A stretch of DNA of 64,000 nt from Trichosphaerium sp. ATCC 40318 (Eukaryota; Protista; Tubulinea). Position 1 is the stretch's first letter. The number at the start of each line of letters is the position of its first letter. The stretch is from the NCBI GenBank assembly GCA_038496445.1, contig JALMLS010000304.1:310001-374000 (forward strand), in the 5' to 3' direction. The translations under genes were made by a program, and so were the position numbers. Shown piece after piece: positions 1 to 13,300 of the stretch. A model generated the notes under the pieces. That model ran no database searches. It saw nothing but the letters and a program-made list of their open reading frames with translations, and was not told the DNA's origin.

Positions 1-191
1 CTCAACTCGCAAACGGTGTTTGTGGTTTTTACAAAGACTAGAAGTTCGTTCAGTGGTAAGTTATTTCGATGTTAATCGCGTTCCGTGGGTTACAAAATGA
101 TCAGGCTGATTTTCTCGTAGTTTGTAATTTCTCGTTTTGTCTGCCTATGAGATTATCGTAAAACGCGTCTAGAGAACACAATACGCTTGTT

Positions 192-2647
192 ATGGCGGCT
201 CCGAGTACTGATGAAGCTAAAAGCGTAGAAAAAGATGATATTAACACAGTACTGATTATATACACCGGAGGTACGATAGGGATGGCGAGGAACGCAAACG
301 TACGCTAGTCGTTGGTTTTATAACCGTAAACAAATTCGGTATATAATCTAAACTGTGTTATACGCTTTTAGGGCGCTCTAGCACCCAAACCGAATTACTT
401 GGAACAGAAATTAGCTTCTTTGCCTCAGTTTCATGATCCAGCATACCCAAAGCTTACAACTCCTCTGACACGCTTTGGAAATCGCACAAGATACCAGTTG
501 AAAGAGTATGATCAATTAATGGATTCTGCGACAAGTCAGTTTGACACTTGCCACAATGTCGTCTAAATTTGTTCGTAGTGGACATGGGAGATTGGCTGGT
601 TATTGTTAATGACATCGCATCAAACTATGACAAATACGACGGTTTTGTGTGCGTAAACAATCTATAAACCATGTCATTAAATTCTCTATCTAGTGTGCTT
701 CACGGGACAGATACTATGGCGTATACATCTTCGGCACTGTCGTTTTTCTTAGAGAATCTTTCCAAACCGGTTATTGTCACTGGCTCGCAAGTACCATTAG
801 GCGTACGTACAACGTAATGTGACTTTATTAACGTTGCGCGTAGGAGGATCCGAATGATGCGACTGGCACGTGCTGTTTGAAATAAACTTAGTCAACTACA
901 TTCTTTTTTTTCCAAAGTCAATAGACTTAGACTAACGTTATGTTTAGATAATTTACTGGCGTCAATAATCATTGCCGGTAACTTTAGCTTACCAGAGGTG
1001 ATGTTGTTTTTTAACAACAAATTACTCAGAGGCAATAGATGGTACAGCAATTGAATCGTACATGATGTAATTAACTTCTGCCTGTTAGTATTAAAGCAGA
1101 TGCTGCCGGGTATAACGCCTTTTCATCACCAAACTATACTACTCTTGGATCACTAGGTACTTAAAATTAATGTTAGCCTTTAACAATACGGCAGGCATAC
1201 GAATAGAGATAAACTGGGGCTACATTAGGTGAGTGTCACGTGCAAAATACTATCAAATTGTTTTGTGCTATTAGCTCACACTAAATCAAGGCCACCTCCA
1301 TCTTCAAATATGTCGTTAGTTGCTCACAATGAAGTATGTCGTAACGTTGGTGTATTGAAGATATTTCCGGGAATACCAGCAATGTAAATTTATTCAGTAC
1401 ACTGTATCCGTCTGCTAACTTTTGTATAGGATTATTAAGAATTTTTTGAGAGAGCCTTTACAAGGTAATTTTGCTGATAGTATCTTTTCACAATGTTCCA
1501 CTTATAATGCTATGAAGGTTGTGTCTTAGAGACGTTTGGTTCCGGAAATGCTCCTACTAACCGTAAAGACTTTTGTGATGCGTTAAAAGAAGCATGTGAT
1601 CGAGGTGTTATCATTGTATGTTTTTTGCTTGTTGTTTTTTTTAAAGAGTAAGTGATGTTTAGGTTGCAATTACACAATGTAGTAAAGGTTCTGTTAGCGC
1701 AACGTATGCTTCAGGTACTCAATTTTAGTTATTTGTAAGTTGTTCATCGCGTTCACAAACCAAAAGGATCTCTTCTTTATGAACAAGGGGTAATTTCTGG
1801 CGGAGATATGACAACTGAAGCTGCACTAACAAAACTCGCGTACGCTGTTAATACTAAATGCTAATGTTTTTGAGAAAGTAACATGTCATAGATACTTATG
1901 TGGTTGTGATTACTTAACAAACGATGAAATTAAACGCTACATGTCAATGAACATGAGAGGCGAACTTACAAATCGAGGTTAGATTGGAAATTTTAGCTAT
2001 GATTTGAGTTCATCTCATGTGTTGTTTAGACGTTTGGAAGTACTCTGATGCTAATAGAAGATTCCTAAGCACTGTTGTAAGTGCAATGGGAAACCCTGTA
2101 ATGGATTCAAACAAGAAAATGGGACATGTGAAGAAGTGTTTGCTTCCAATAATTATGTGTAAGGCTGCAGGAGCTGTACGTTTGCTGTTTTGTCACGTGA
2201 TGTGGTATATCTAAAATATTAATACTTGCCTTAGGGTAATCTTAACGAACTCAAAGCACTTGTTATGATAGGCGGAGAAGTGAATAGTACTGACTACGAC
2301 AAACGATCAGCACTACACATTGCAGGTAGAGCAGTTTTGTACATTTAATTTTTGTGCAAAGGAACAACATTCAAAGTTTTTTAACTTCTCGTTTATGGTT
2401 ACATTATAGTCGCTCTCTTTAGTACTATTGAAATGTATACTTACGAAGGAGTGTTTTACTAATGTTGCTATTAGCGAGTGAGGGCCACATGCACGTTGTT
2501 GAGTATCTGGTTAACTTTGGTGCTACTGTTGATGTTGTAGATAGATGGTCACATACACCGTTAGATGAGGCTATTACTAATAATCACCAAGATATTATTG
2601 CTTTTTTAAAGAAGGCAAGTTGGGTACAACAACAAACAAAGTCTTGA
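192..2647 (+). CDS. ASPG: Type I L-asparaginase / 60 kDa lysophospholipase with C-terminal ankyrin repeats (~15 introns)
   Basis: Spliced translation gives [56 protein letters not shown] and ankyrin motifs [16 protein letters not shown] / [11 protein letters not shown]; stop TGA at 2645-2647. Confidence 0.95.
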
Positions 2648-2923
2648 AGGACCAAAAAAGGCTGTAAATACAGGGTGTTACTGGGAAAAGCGTAAAGTTT
2701 TTCAACTTCGTTTTTTTTTTTCATCTTTTCTGCAGAAACCTAAACCTTTGAGAACATTCAAATTCATAAGACAGCTCGGTACTTTACGTTTAGAAACAAA
2801 ACTACTTACAAAACAAGAGAAAAACAATAGCACTCTCTGGATTATAGCGTGCGTAAACAGGTGTTAATGCTTGTCGCCGTCATGTGTGGGAAATCTTACT
2901 AGATTTATTGGATGTGCCTCAGC

Positions 2924-3849
2924 TTAGTCACAGATAGAGCAAATGCAATTGTTTGTTGTCCAAATACAACCCTCTGGATCTTTGAAACCGTTAGATACTA
3001 GCCACCTTGTACAGCTATTATCGTCACAGCCGGCAGAGTTTCTCCTGCAAGAGTGGTACGTAATTAGGTCGTCATGTGATAAACAAACGCAGTCTCTTTG
3101 GGGACCTACCAACGGATTAGATTCAGCAAATGAAAATAATAGTCTGCTGAACTTTTCGTTCACAGTACACATGTGAATTGTAAAAACTGTAAAAGATCAA
3201 AGAAATAGATAAAAAGTAGTACCTGAGGGACCTACTCTTGTTATCTGTTGGCACTCTGCTCTATGACCCGCCTCTTCTCCTCTCTTTCTACAAGAGATGT
3301 CTTGGCATTGTCCGTTGTCAAGAAGCTTACAGCACTCTTCGTCATCGCAAACTACACATTCGCATCCTTTTGTCGTTGGAACACATTTACCATCGGCAAA
3401 TCCCATATCCACCAATATAGCTTTACATCTATAGATATCACAAGAGGATGCCGTTGGGTTCCTGCATGCGTTTTCTACCAGATCTTCTTCCTTTACCTTA
3501 CAAACGCAGCTGATTTCATCAGCTCCTTCGCCAGCTAAAAGCGGTTGTAAGCTATCACGTGATTGTACAAACTATTGTGACTCATAAAACAAGACGTACG
3601 TGGGAATACTTTTGTTACCTTTTTACAATAGGTCTCAATGTCCGGGTTACGGCCTACGCAGTTAATATTGATACACTCATCATCCTTCTCATCATATTCG
3701 CAACAAGGCGAGGTATGAACCTAGGTAATGGTTACCAGTCGAAGTGAAAGTCTTGCCTCTGCAATGTTGTGCCGATGAAAACTTAAAACTGCGAGAACAC
3801 TCACAAAGGAAGATAAACATAAGAGGATCAGAATAGTTGTTAGATGCAT
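2924..3849 (-). CDS. Secreted cysteine-rich protein made of two tandem ~100-aa 12-Cys modules (3 introns)
   Basis: Signal peptide MHLTTILILLCLSSFVHT; GT-AG splicing joins exons into two aligned modules CC..C...C...C...CVC...C...C...C...C...CxCxxCD. Confidence 0.8.
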
Positions 3850-4492
3850 GTTGTTTTGTTTGCTTCAGGTGTGATTAAATTGTGCGCTCTTTTTGGAAGT
3901 ACCTTGACTTTTCGAAGTTCTGCTGGTCAAATTCATAAATTCAATTTATTATCCAAATTCATGTGAAAGACAATTGTTTACTGAATGTAAACCTAATGTT
4001 TGGGCGGCGGATGGTTCCGTAGTTTGCTTTTGAGTTCCGTTGGAACATAGCTGCTTTCGCAGTCGTTCGTTGCTGGTAGCGCATTGATATCGGAAGTGGA
4101 AACAACATGATTACAATCAATCGTACCTTTGCTAGGCCGAATGATGGACTGGTTAAGCAAAACAGTCAAAAAAAAACCAGTGCGGATGATAGCGCGCAAG
4201 TCTTATCCGCTGCATTACCACTACTGCCGCGGTTTGCAAGTGAGATAACCCTGGTACTATACTATTTTTTCGCAAGGAAGTTAGTGTGCATGCTAACTTA
4301 CTTGATAGCTTTCAGATATTAGTTCCTAGCGTTAGAACGCATACCCTGGGTTTTTGTAAGTAGAAAGCGTCATGGGATGCACCATACTGTAAAACCATGC
4401 GAATGATTCAATAGTAAAACCAAGAAAAAAAAAGGTGTCGGTTCGGTCACGTTTTGTTCTGGAACAGGCTAAATCGGTTCACATAACTTACA

Positions 4493-6105
4493 ATGCTGGC
4501 CTGTATTCTCAACATCACAATAAAATTCAACCAAACTCACCCCTGCTGCATACTTCTACGTTACTTACACAGCTGCTTATAAAGTACACTTCCGCAAAAG
4601 CACATATCTCCTTTAACTTTGAACAAAGAAAAGCTATGACTTACCAAGTAAGACCTCGAAAAATCAGTAACCTTTTACACGTTGATGTCTACAATCAGTA
4701 AAACCAAACAAAGGTGTGAAGCACTATGGTAATTTATTAGCACTCTAAACATCCTTTTAGTGCAGGTATAAGCATATTAGACCTCCCAACAGAGATTTTA
4801 GCACATATTTTACGTCAAACAACAAAAGAGAGATTTGCCGCCTGTCAAACATGTCATAGACTTGCTTCCATCATTCACGACGTTATTGGATATGATAACG
4901 TTACAATTTCGACTATTCATCAAGCCAAAGCGCTTGTTAAACACAAGAGCGCTCTACTTCACACGGAAATCAAAATCAGCACACTTTCAGATCCTAAAAG
5001 CATAAATGGCATAGTCAAACTACTTAATGGTGTTCGTAACCTTAGTCTTTCCTGTACCTCAGTTACGGATGATGGTATAAAAGGACTTGTGGGAGTTCAT
5101 ACCATTGACCTTTGTTCTTGTAAGAATATAACAGACGAAGGTATCAAGGTGCTTGCTGGTGTTCATACAATCGACCTTCAAAGTACAAAAGTTACAGATG
5201 ACGGTGTTAAGGCATTGGCTGGTGTTCATACAATTAACCTCAATGGTTGTAAGCAAATAACAGATGAAAGTGTCAAAGCACTTGCAGGTGTTCACAGTAT
5301 AGACCTTGCTTACTGTAAAAACATTACAGCTGATGGTGTTAAAGCACTTTCAGGTGTCCATACTATTACACTTTCTTGTTGCCCTGAGATTACAGATGAG
5401 GGCATCAAGGCACTGTCAGGTGTTCATGAAATTCACCTTAGTTGTTGTTACAAAATTACAGATGATGGTATCAAAGCGCTTGCTGGAGTTCATACTATTA
5501 CATGCAACGCAGCAGTAACTGATGAAGGAGTGAAAGCACTGAAAGGCGTTCATGATATAGATCTTGGTGGCTGCAAAGCTGTTACAGATGAAGGCATCAA
5601 GGCGCTTTCAGGTGTTCAATCTATTGTCTTGTATGATGTTTCAGTAACAGATAGAGGTTTACAAGCACTTTCTGGTGTTCAATTCATTAGTATTGCTTTT
5701 TGTAACGGTATTACAGACAATGGTATAAAAGCTTTGAAGGGTGTTCATACAGCCATACTTTGTAGTTGTACGCAAATTACAGATGACGGAATCAAAGCTT
5801 TGAAGGGTGTTCATACCATTGATCTTTCTGATTGTTGGCAAATTACTGATGAAGGTGTTAAAGCACTTGCAGGAGTACATGAGATTATCCTTTCTAACAC
5901 CAAAGTAACAGATGAAGGCGTCAAAGTACTTACAGGTGTCCATACTATAAACCTTTGCAACACAGCCGTAACTGATGAGGGATTGAAAGCACTGAAAGGT
6001 GTTTATTACATAGACCTTACTGGATGCAAAGCTATCACAGACGAAGGCATTAAGTCACTTTCTGGTACTACTGTCTGTAGATCTCACAGCAATGAATACT
6101 ATTGA
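4493..6105 (+). CDS. F-box / leucine-rich-repeat protein (5' exons uncertain)
   Basis: Open frame 4741-6105 encodes F-box SILDLPTEILAHIL...ACQTCHRL, then ~14 repeats of ITDEGIKALAGVHTIDLxxC. The start at 4493 needs four predicted micro-exons. Confidence 0.85.
5020..6070 (+). repeat. Coding tandem repeat, ~72-75 nt unit (24-25 aa LRR), ~14 copies
   Basis: Recurrent acagatgaaggtgtcaaagcacttgcaggtgttcatac-like units. Confidence 0.9.
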
Positions 6106-6406
6106 CTGCACCATTAAATACAAGATTTCGACGGAAACACCCAACACATACTCTACACTTTGCAAACCACAGTACCAAAAAACGTAAATAAACCATTAGT
6201 AATATAATGACTTTCACGGAGCAAAAATTATTGAGGAGTTTTTTCCATGCACAAGAACAACACATCAAAAATTACAGAAACATGTCTGTAAAGTTCTCTT
6301 GTTTGTTTTTTGCAATGTGGTTATGTTGATAAATACAAAGGGTTGTTTATTTACATAGTTTTGACAAGAACAAGGCACGTGAGATTATCTGCTTTCTTCC
6401 AACACG

Positions 6407-9400
6407 TTAATATTTAAAGTTCAAACGAAGTTGCATGTTTGGATACTTGTCAGTACGTTCTTTTGGTATATTATACAACTGGTAAGTTACACTTCTGTGA
6501 GGTTCGTGTACTAGGCATATTCTATGTGTCTGATCACGTCTTGTTCCTTCGTGTTTGTATGTAACAGTACCAGCAACACGTAATATATGTCTTGAGTTCT
6601 CTGGCTTCACGCACATCATATCTTTCTTGTGAATAAAAGTCCTAATCGTAAGATTAGCGATTGCTGCTACACACCTTTTGCGGAGAAAAAGAAATGTATG
6701 CTGTTCTTACCATAGAAGTCCAGCTGCATAAAAAGTTACTCTAGTGCCAGATGCTTTGCTTAATGGGATATTTTTTACAATATACTTTGATCTACCCAGA
6801 GGTGTTGCTGTGTTGAGTTGACTAATAACGTTTGTTAGCCATATTGTATGTTTGAAATACACGTGTATTTTTTGATTGATGACGTACTCGATTTTATTTG
6901 TTCCGTATAATTGCTCAGTGTCTTCAAAATCAACAAAAAGTCTTGACTGGAGCATTGTCTTATCAAGAGCGTCAGGGTTGACAAGAGTACCCCAGGCACT
7001 CTCCCACCAGTATCCATCAAATTGAGCCAGTAGCAAATAAGAAGCAAAGCTTACTGGAAGCCACCTTTCCATCGTTGAAGCGATATCACTGTATCCTCCC
7101 ATACCTAAAACCATTAGACAGTGTATTCAAGAATGAGACGAAAAATACGACTCCAGGAAAAAGGTTAATCGCTCAAAGGTTGAAAGGGAAATCATGGTCG
7201 TACCAGCTAGTATCCAAATATCAGCAGCAGAATCTACATACTTTTCAGGACGGTATGTCTGTTGGTGCTCATTTAAGTAATCGCAGCTCATCATTGAAAC
7301 AACTTTCTTAGGAAATTTGACTGTTTCTTTTGCTTTCCATAAATGATCAAGTAAAACTGTAGTAGAGTATCCCTTTAGCTTTTCATAGTAAAGATCCATA
7401 AGCTTTGGTAGACCCGCTAGATCTAATACAGACAGTTGTATAAGAGCAATCATATCAGCAGATTGCATGACATGTCTCAACAGCAACTCTCTCAAGTCAG
7501 TCTCGAGCATCTACACAATCATTAAAACTACAAAAGTAGATGTGTATAGCTAACGAGCTTACCATTTGCAGTTTATCAACTAAGCCAAGCCAAAGTTTAT
7601 CTTCTACTATTGTATTGATTTCTTGCTCGATCGTTAGTGAAGGTACTGCGCTTGACATTATATCTATCAACATTGTTGCCGATGCTAAGGTTTCATTCTC
7701 CAGGAGATAGTACTTCATATAAGGTGTGCTCGTTTCTGTCATGCCCGTTGAGAATGCCTTGTGGAAATACCTAAGAAACACGTTAAAATTATGTTATTCC
7801 CTCACTTTGTTGTAGTACAAAAAAAAATAACGACTTCTCAGACCACTCCATGCTGCACTTTTGGCTTTGATAAAAGGAAAAAAAACAACAAAAAAAACGT
7901 GATCGGCACGTGATAAAAATAAAGAATGGTAAGAACTTACTTTGAGTTGCGAGCTAGCAATAATTTTGAAGCGTGTATGCATGCTATCGCCTCAGTACTG
8001 TCCGGGTGAGGATAAATGTAAAGTATGACGTCGGAGAACGCTCTCAACTCCTCGTCAAAGTTATTTAAAGTAATCTCTGGAATTCCAGACGTTTGGTCCT
8101 TTCTATTACTTTAAATGAGTATGACTGCGCGAAATTAGGTAACCGTACATCTTTCTTGCTTCATTGAGATTAGATAGGCATAAAGAAATTTGATCCTATT
8201 TAAAGAAGTCAGTGTATGTCGTATTTAATGCATTACTGTTGTTTAAACATTACCGCTGCAGGTCCTGTGTACAGTTTTAACATTCTTATTATTTGTTCAT
8301 ATTGTTCATCTCGGCTGTCTGATAATGCAGTATCTTCGTTATCATAGTTCTCACAGTTGTACTCTTTTGATGGATACAAAGGTGTAACGCAGTCCGTTGA
8401 CATATCGTACTATAATTTTATAAGGAATGCATAACTAACTATTGTACGCACGTGAGAGAGCAGAGATGGCTTTATTGAACGTCCGGGGGTTTTTAACGGC
8501 ACGCTCCGCGTTAAGTTGACTACATTTAAGGAGGATCACACAGTATCGACTTGATCCGTGGTAGAACCGTAGATAATCACGAAACTTTAACGTAGTAAGG
8601 TAATGTAAAGTTATGTGTATTTTTAGCACTATTTATTCTAAGACAATCTTTCCGAAGTACTTTGGTCTGTGAAAGCAAGGTACGGATCCACTCTCTGTTG
8701 AAGACCAACATGAGTACTCTTTATCATATCCTACATAATTGTGAACAATGTGAGCAAGGTATCTTCGAAAGTAAACAAAACTCATATAAAACTGTTGCGA
8801 AGGAATGCTTGGTTTGTAATTTAAATAGCACGTGCCTAGAGGCGTGTCAATCCTGAAAAAATTACCATACAAAGTTTTAGAATGGCTGCAATCCTTCTTA
8901 TCAATGAAAGCCCACGGTATTTTCATGTAAGCCCAAAACCGTTCAGTTGGTTTGCTAATTCTAAAACAAGTATTAACGTTATAGCTCACGTGATTTAACG
9001 TACTGTGCATCCCAAGTAATGCCTGTCTCGTCACAGTCTATCAAGGTGTCTACAATACCAGGACAGTCTAAGTTTGGATTATAAACTCTTGCAGCGAATA
9101 ACACTCCTTTTGGTGACACCTCCAATTCAGTGTAGTTTTGAAAACCTACATCGCAACGGCTTGTTAAGAATGCCTGAAAAAAAAGAGTCTGTTAAAAATT
9201 ACGCGCTCTAATTGTAGTTACAAACCTCTACAACGCTTTCTTGGTACAGTGGTTGGTTACACTCTGTGTACTTGGATATTGGGTTGTTATCAATACAATC
9301 ATACTTTAGGTACAAGTAATCTGCGTCATAGCAACCGTGTACTGTTGTTTGTTGAATTGCGGCGTGTGTTTCGTCTGTCAAATTAATAAAAGTGCTAGAA

Positions 9401-9620
9401 GACGCTAAACATACCTTGTGAAAGCGTAAAATTACCCACAGACCCAATATTAGCCCAGGAATCTCCTTTTTAACAAACAATTAAGGATAGTGCTGTAACA
9501 GTACTAAATAATGATACCTGGCTTTGGTAACGCGCTTGGGCATTGTTTTAGCGAAAAAACCTTTTCAGCAATGGTTACAACTGAAAAAAGCGCCAACACA
9601 ACCAGTGCGTACTTTGACAT
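6407..9620 (-). CDS. Large multi-exon secreted hypothetical protein with Cys-rich N-terminus
   Basis: Signal peptide MSKYALVVLALFSVVTIA; consecutive minus-strand exons (e.g. ORFs 9208-9480, 7497-7781, 7127-7510, 6707-7114, 6407-6619) bounded by GT/AG sites; no family recognised. Confidence 0.65.
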
Positions 9621-9689
9621 ACTACTAGCGATATTTTTTAGTGTCAATGTTGTTCTGACACGTAACAAAATTTGTCTTTAGTCTATCAA

Positions 9690-9995
9690 GTACACTTCGA
9701 TGGGTTGATATCTGCTAGCTATTAATGACCAAAACCCAAAACAGTCCAAAGTGTTTGTTGGCATTCAACGAATATCACAGCGAAAAGGGTTGGTGGAAAG
9801 TTCCCTTCTCCACTTAGTCTTGCGCGTACGCTACACTATTCACGTTCAAGAATCACGTGCTTTACGGGCTTCAATATTGTTTCCCACGTGATTTCCCGGA
9901 GCGTATGTTCTAGCCCTAACTCTGTACCACGCGTTATTGCTATCTAAAGCGAAAGTAAAAGCTCTAAATGGGACTTATTTAGAAATAGTGTATGT
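9690..9995 (+). ncRNA. Candidate RNase P/MRP RNA
   Basis: P3-like stem/internal loop/stem at 9728-9794, directly followed by CR-I-like GGAAAGTTCCC (9795-9805) that can form P4 with CR-V-like AAATGGGACTTA (9966-9977); P1, P2 and CR-IV are weak. Confidence 0.3.
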
Positions 9996-10319
9996 CTGCA
10001 GCTCGATAACATGCAGACACGCTCGAAAAACACTGAAAACGCATGTGGAAGCACTACGACGGTGTATTTTATTTTCACCGTTTTAACCGGACGAATTCGG
10101 GTAAAAGTGGCTGTGTGCAAGAGAGCATAGGCACAATACTGCCACCGCATACTAAGCAATACAAGATATAACGGCATACATGAGCACAAACGTCTAACTT
10201 AAATAAAACTTCAAAAAAACCCAAATCGCCCCGAACGCACGCAACAGCTTGTATATACGAAAAAGACGCGTTTTATCGCCTATTAAACAACACCAAGCTC
10301 CGTTAGGACGTATTTGATC

Positions 10320-13300
10320 ATGTGTGCTCTAAAGATCATTGCTGCGCTGGTTATATTAATTGTGTGTGCACTGACGCATGGTTTACAAATACAAAACGTC
10401 ACGTACGTGACCAAAGAACTAAGACAGGGTTCGACGTATGAAAAAGGGCTAGAATTAGAGTTTACATTCGACAACGATATTTATACAACATACAAGTTTG
10501 AAGAGGAAGAATGCGGCTTCTCCACCCCCAAATCACTACCGGCGCTCGATAATTGTACCAGCTTGGTTGGGAGCAACTCTTTTACGCTAGTAAATGGCTC
10601 AGTGGTTTTTAATGCTGGAACTGTCCAATATCAATGTATAGACAAGTTTGATGAACCTTACTCCGTCACAACAACGAACAACATGACTAGAGGCGACAGC
10701 GTATCATTTGTATTTAAAGTATCGTCTGCAAACCTAACGTGCGATACAATATCTGTTGCAGCTTGGTCTAGCTTCGGAAATACAAGGTTACGCGTGCAAG
10801 CAAACAATAAACGCAGGTAAGTACGAAGAGACGGAAAAATAACCCAAAAAAAGGAATTTTTTTTAATTTTATAAAGCTTTACAAAATTCTATTTGTGGAC
10901 GCTTGTACGATGCCAACACAACTTCATCCGTTGTTTATTTTCTTTAACAATAGTTGTTTAGTACTACACTTCCAAATCCTGGAAATCTTAAAAATGAAGC
11001 TTTTGATGTTGACGACTTTGATTACTTTGTTGAAGAACATTCTGCATCTAATGAGGGTATTACTCTTTGTTGCACAAACCTTGATAATAGCGTTACACAA
11101 TGGGATGGTTTTGTTGCTGTTGCAGTAATTGCAGAAACAGATCTTCCGGCAGGAACACAAATATTTGTTTCTCTCTTTGGTACGCCAATAAATTGTGCCA
11201 TAAATTCATTGATTATTTTTTAGACGATGGACAGCATCTACCAGCACGGTTTTACTACCATAGTACCCCTTTATCTATCTCTTGTCCAGGAGAGGATGAT
11301 CCACTTCCTGTATCTAGTTTTGCTTGTGCTCTGGGTTATTGTTTTTTAGTCCCACCAGTACCTGAAAACGCTCTAGCTTCACATCTTGCTCGTTTTGGGT
11401 AAATTATTAACTTTTTAAGGCGTCCATCGCTCATCATATTTTTAGCGGCACTAACGTTGAGCCTGGAGCTATATTAAACAGTAACAAATTGAATATTGTT
11501 CTACTTCTAGAAATAAGAAATGACGTGACAGGTGTAGGTGCTTCAAATATCATACGAAATTATTAATTTTTTCCACTCTATAGAAACTTGAAGAGACTTT
11601 CCCTGGATGGTCCTTAGATGATATTACCACATTAAAACAAGGAAAATGTAGAGTTTCTTTTGAAATTCACGATGCTAATAGAGTGGTAAGCCTAACTATG
11701 GCCTTGATAGTTGCTTATATCTTACTATAAAATAGGAGTTGGATGAATCCGTGCAGCCCGTGTGGACTGAAAGGAAATTAGCTTGTAACCACGAAGAGTT
11801 CAGTGTTAGAAGAGGGCAATTAAACGCTATTCTAGACGCGCAGGCTGTAGAAACCAATAGCGTAGAGGACGATATTTCCATATTTGACCAAGCTGTAAGT
11901 ACAAGCTTTTATTTTCAGTTTTGTCTAATTTTTAATCAGCTGTTGTCTATTGTACTATCCGATGAGTGGGTTGCTTGTCAGAATTTTGTTACAAATGAGC
12001 TATTCACAAAGTACGTTCTTCGATTATTTGTGTAGTTAACAAGAGGTCTAGGACAGAAACAGAAATACCTGAAGCAGATACAACCCTTTGTTTCTCTAAG
12101 GTAGATTCACCTGAATGGTTGAGTGATGCCTGTTGTAACCCAACGTACGCTTGAAAGAGACTTGGACAATGTTTAATACTTTTCTAAGGTTAAATCAATG
12201 TTGTGTAGAACGTACAGCTACAAGGAATATAACTACTTTGGTTCCTCAATCCTCTAGTGTAATAGCAGAAAAGTGTGAGAATGTGAATTGCCTTAATGTA
12301 TGTGAACAAAAAGCCTTTTGAGCTCACGATCTTACGCTGTACTTGTAGAACTTTCTGATTGATTACTCCAACTTGTATAATGTCGCTACTGATCGCCAAT
12401 CTGGCTGTGGTGGCGAATTTAGAGAGGCACGTTCATTGTTACGTTTGTTACTAACAATAAAGTCTATAGATAGAGGCACTTGGAGCTGAGACTACAGGAA
12501 GATTAACAAATATCGTTACTGCATGCAAAAACAGGATTTACAGACCTATTTGCTCGTTTGAAAACGGATGGGACTTGGAATGTCAACGATTGTTTGGCAC
12601 ACTTGCAAAGTGCGGTAGGTATCCATCTCTTGGTATAGGGGAGTGTGAAATACCTTGTCCAGAAGGTAACTGTTCAACATTCAGTCTCCTAAGCGGGGAC
12701 TACCTTGATACTAGAGTCGATGATGATATGCTCTTTGATTGTTTGATAAACGAAATAGATAGCGGAGAGAAATCTCGCGCAGTGGAGATCCTTACAGGAA
12801 GTTCACCAAACGCGAGTATGTCAACAAAATACGAACTCAAAAACGTGAATGCTAACTTGCAACTTGTAGCTGAAGATTTAGATGCCATTTTAAGGGCACA
12901 ATTTATAGTCCCTCAATGTGCAGGACCAAATGGTGCCATACTTGACGATATTGAGGATGTTACAGAGTGTGAGGCTGTGAAAACATGCAATTGGGGTAAA
13001 AACTGCAACGATGAAACTGTCGAGGGTTGCACAGAAGAAGCATGTGTAATCGATGCTCCTACTACAAATTTTTGCTCCTTGTGCACAGAGGGAACATCAC
13101 CTATTTGTGTTGACGTACAAAATAATTTTCGTTCTTGTTGACTCTGTGTCTAATATTACTAGGTCTCAAGACAAGAGGGCTGCTACCCACTGGATTTAGG
13201 AACTACCGAGGAGGATGTATTAGAAGGTTGCGAATTATACAATCGTCTTACTGAAAACGAAGCAAACCTCCTCAATTGTGAGTTTAAAGTAGTGCCCATT

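Noticed and set aside
4726-4740. ATG GTA ATT TAT TAG in frame with the F-box (possible TAG readthrough)
   Set aside because: GTAATT...TGCAG is a normal-looking intron and a spliced model restores the frame
5020-6070. Regular repeats resembling a CRISPR array
   Set aside because: Degenerate at third codon positions and in frame: protein LRR repeats in a eukaryote with no cas genes
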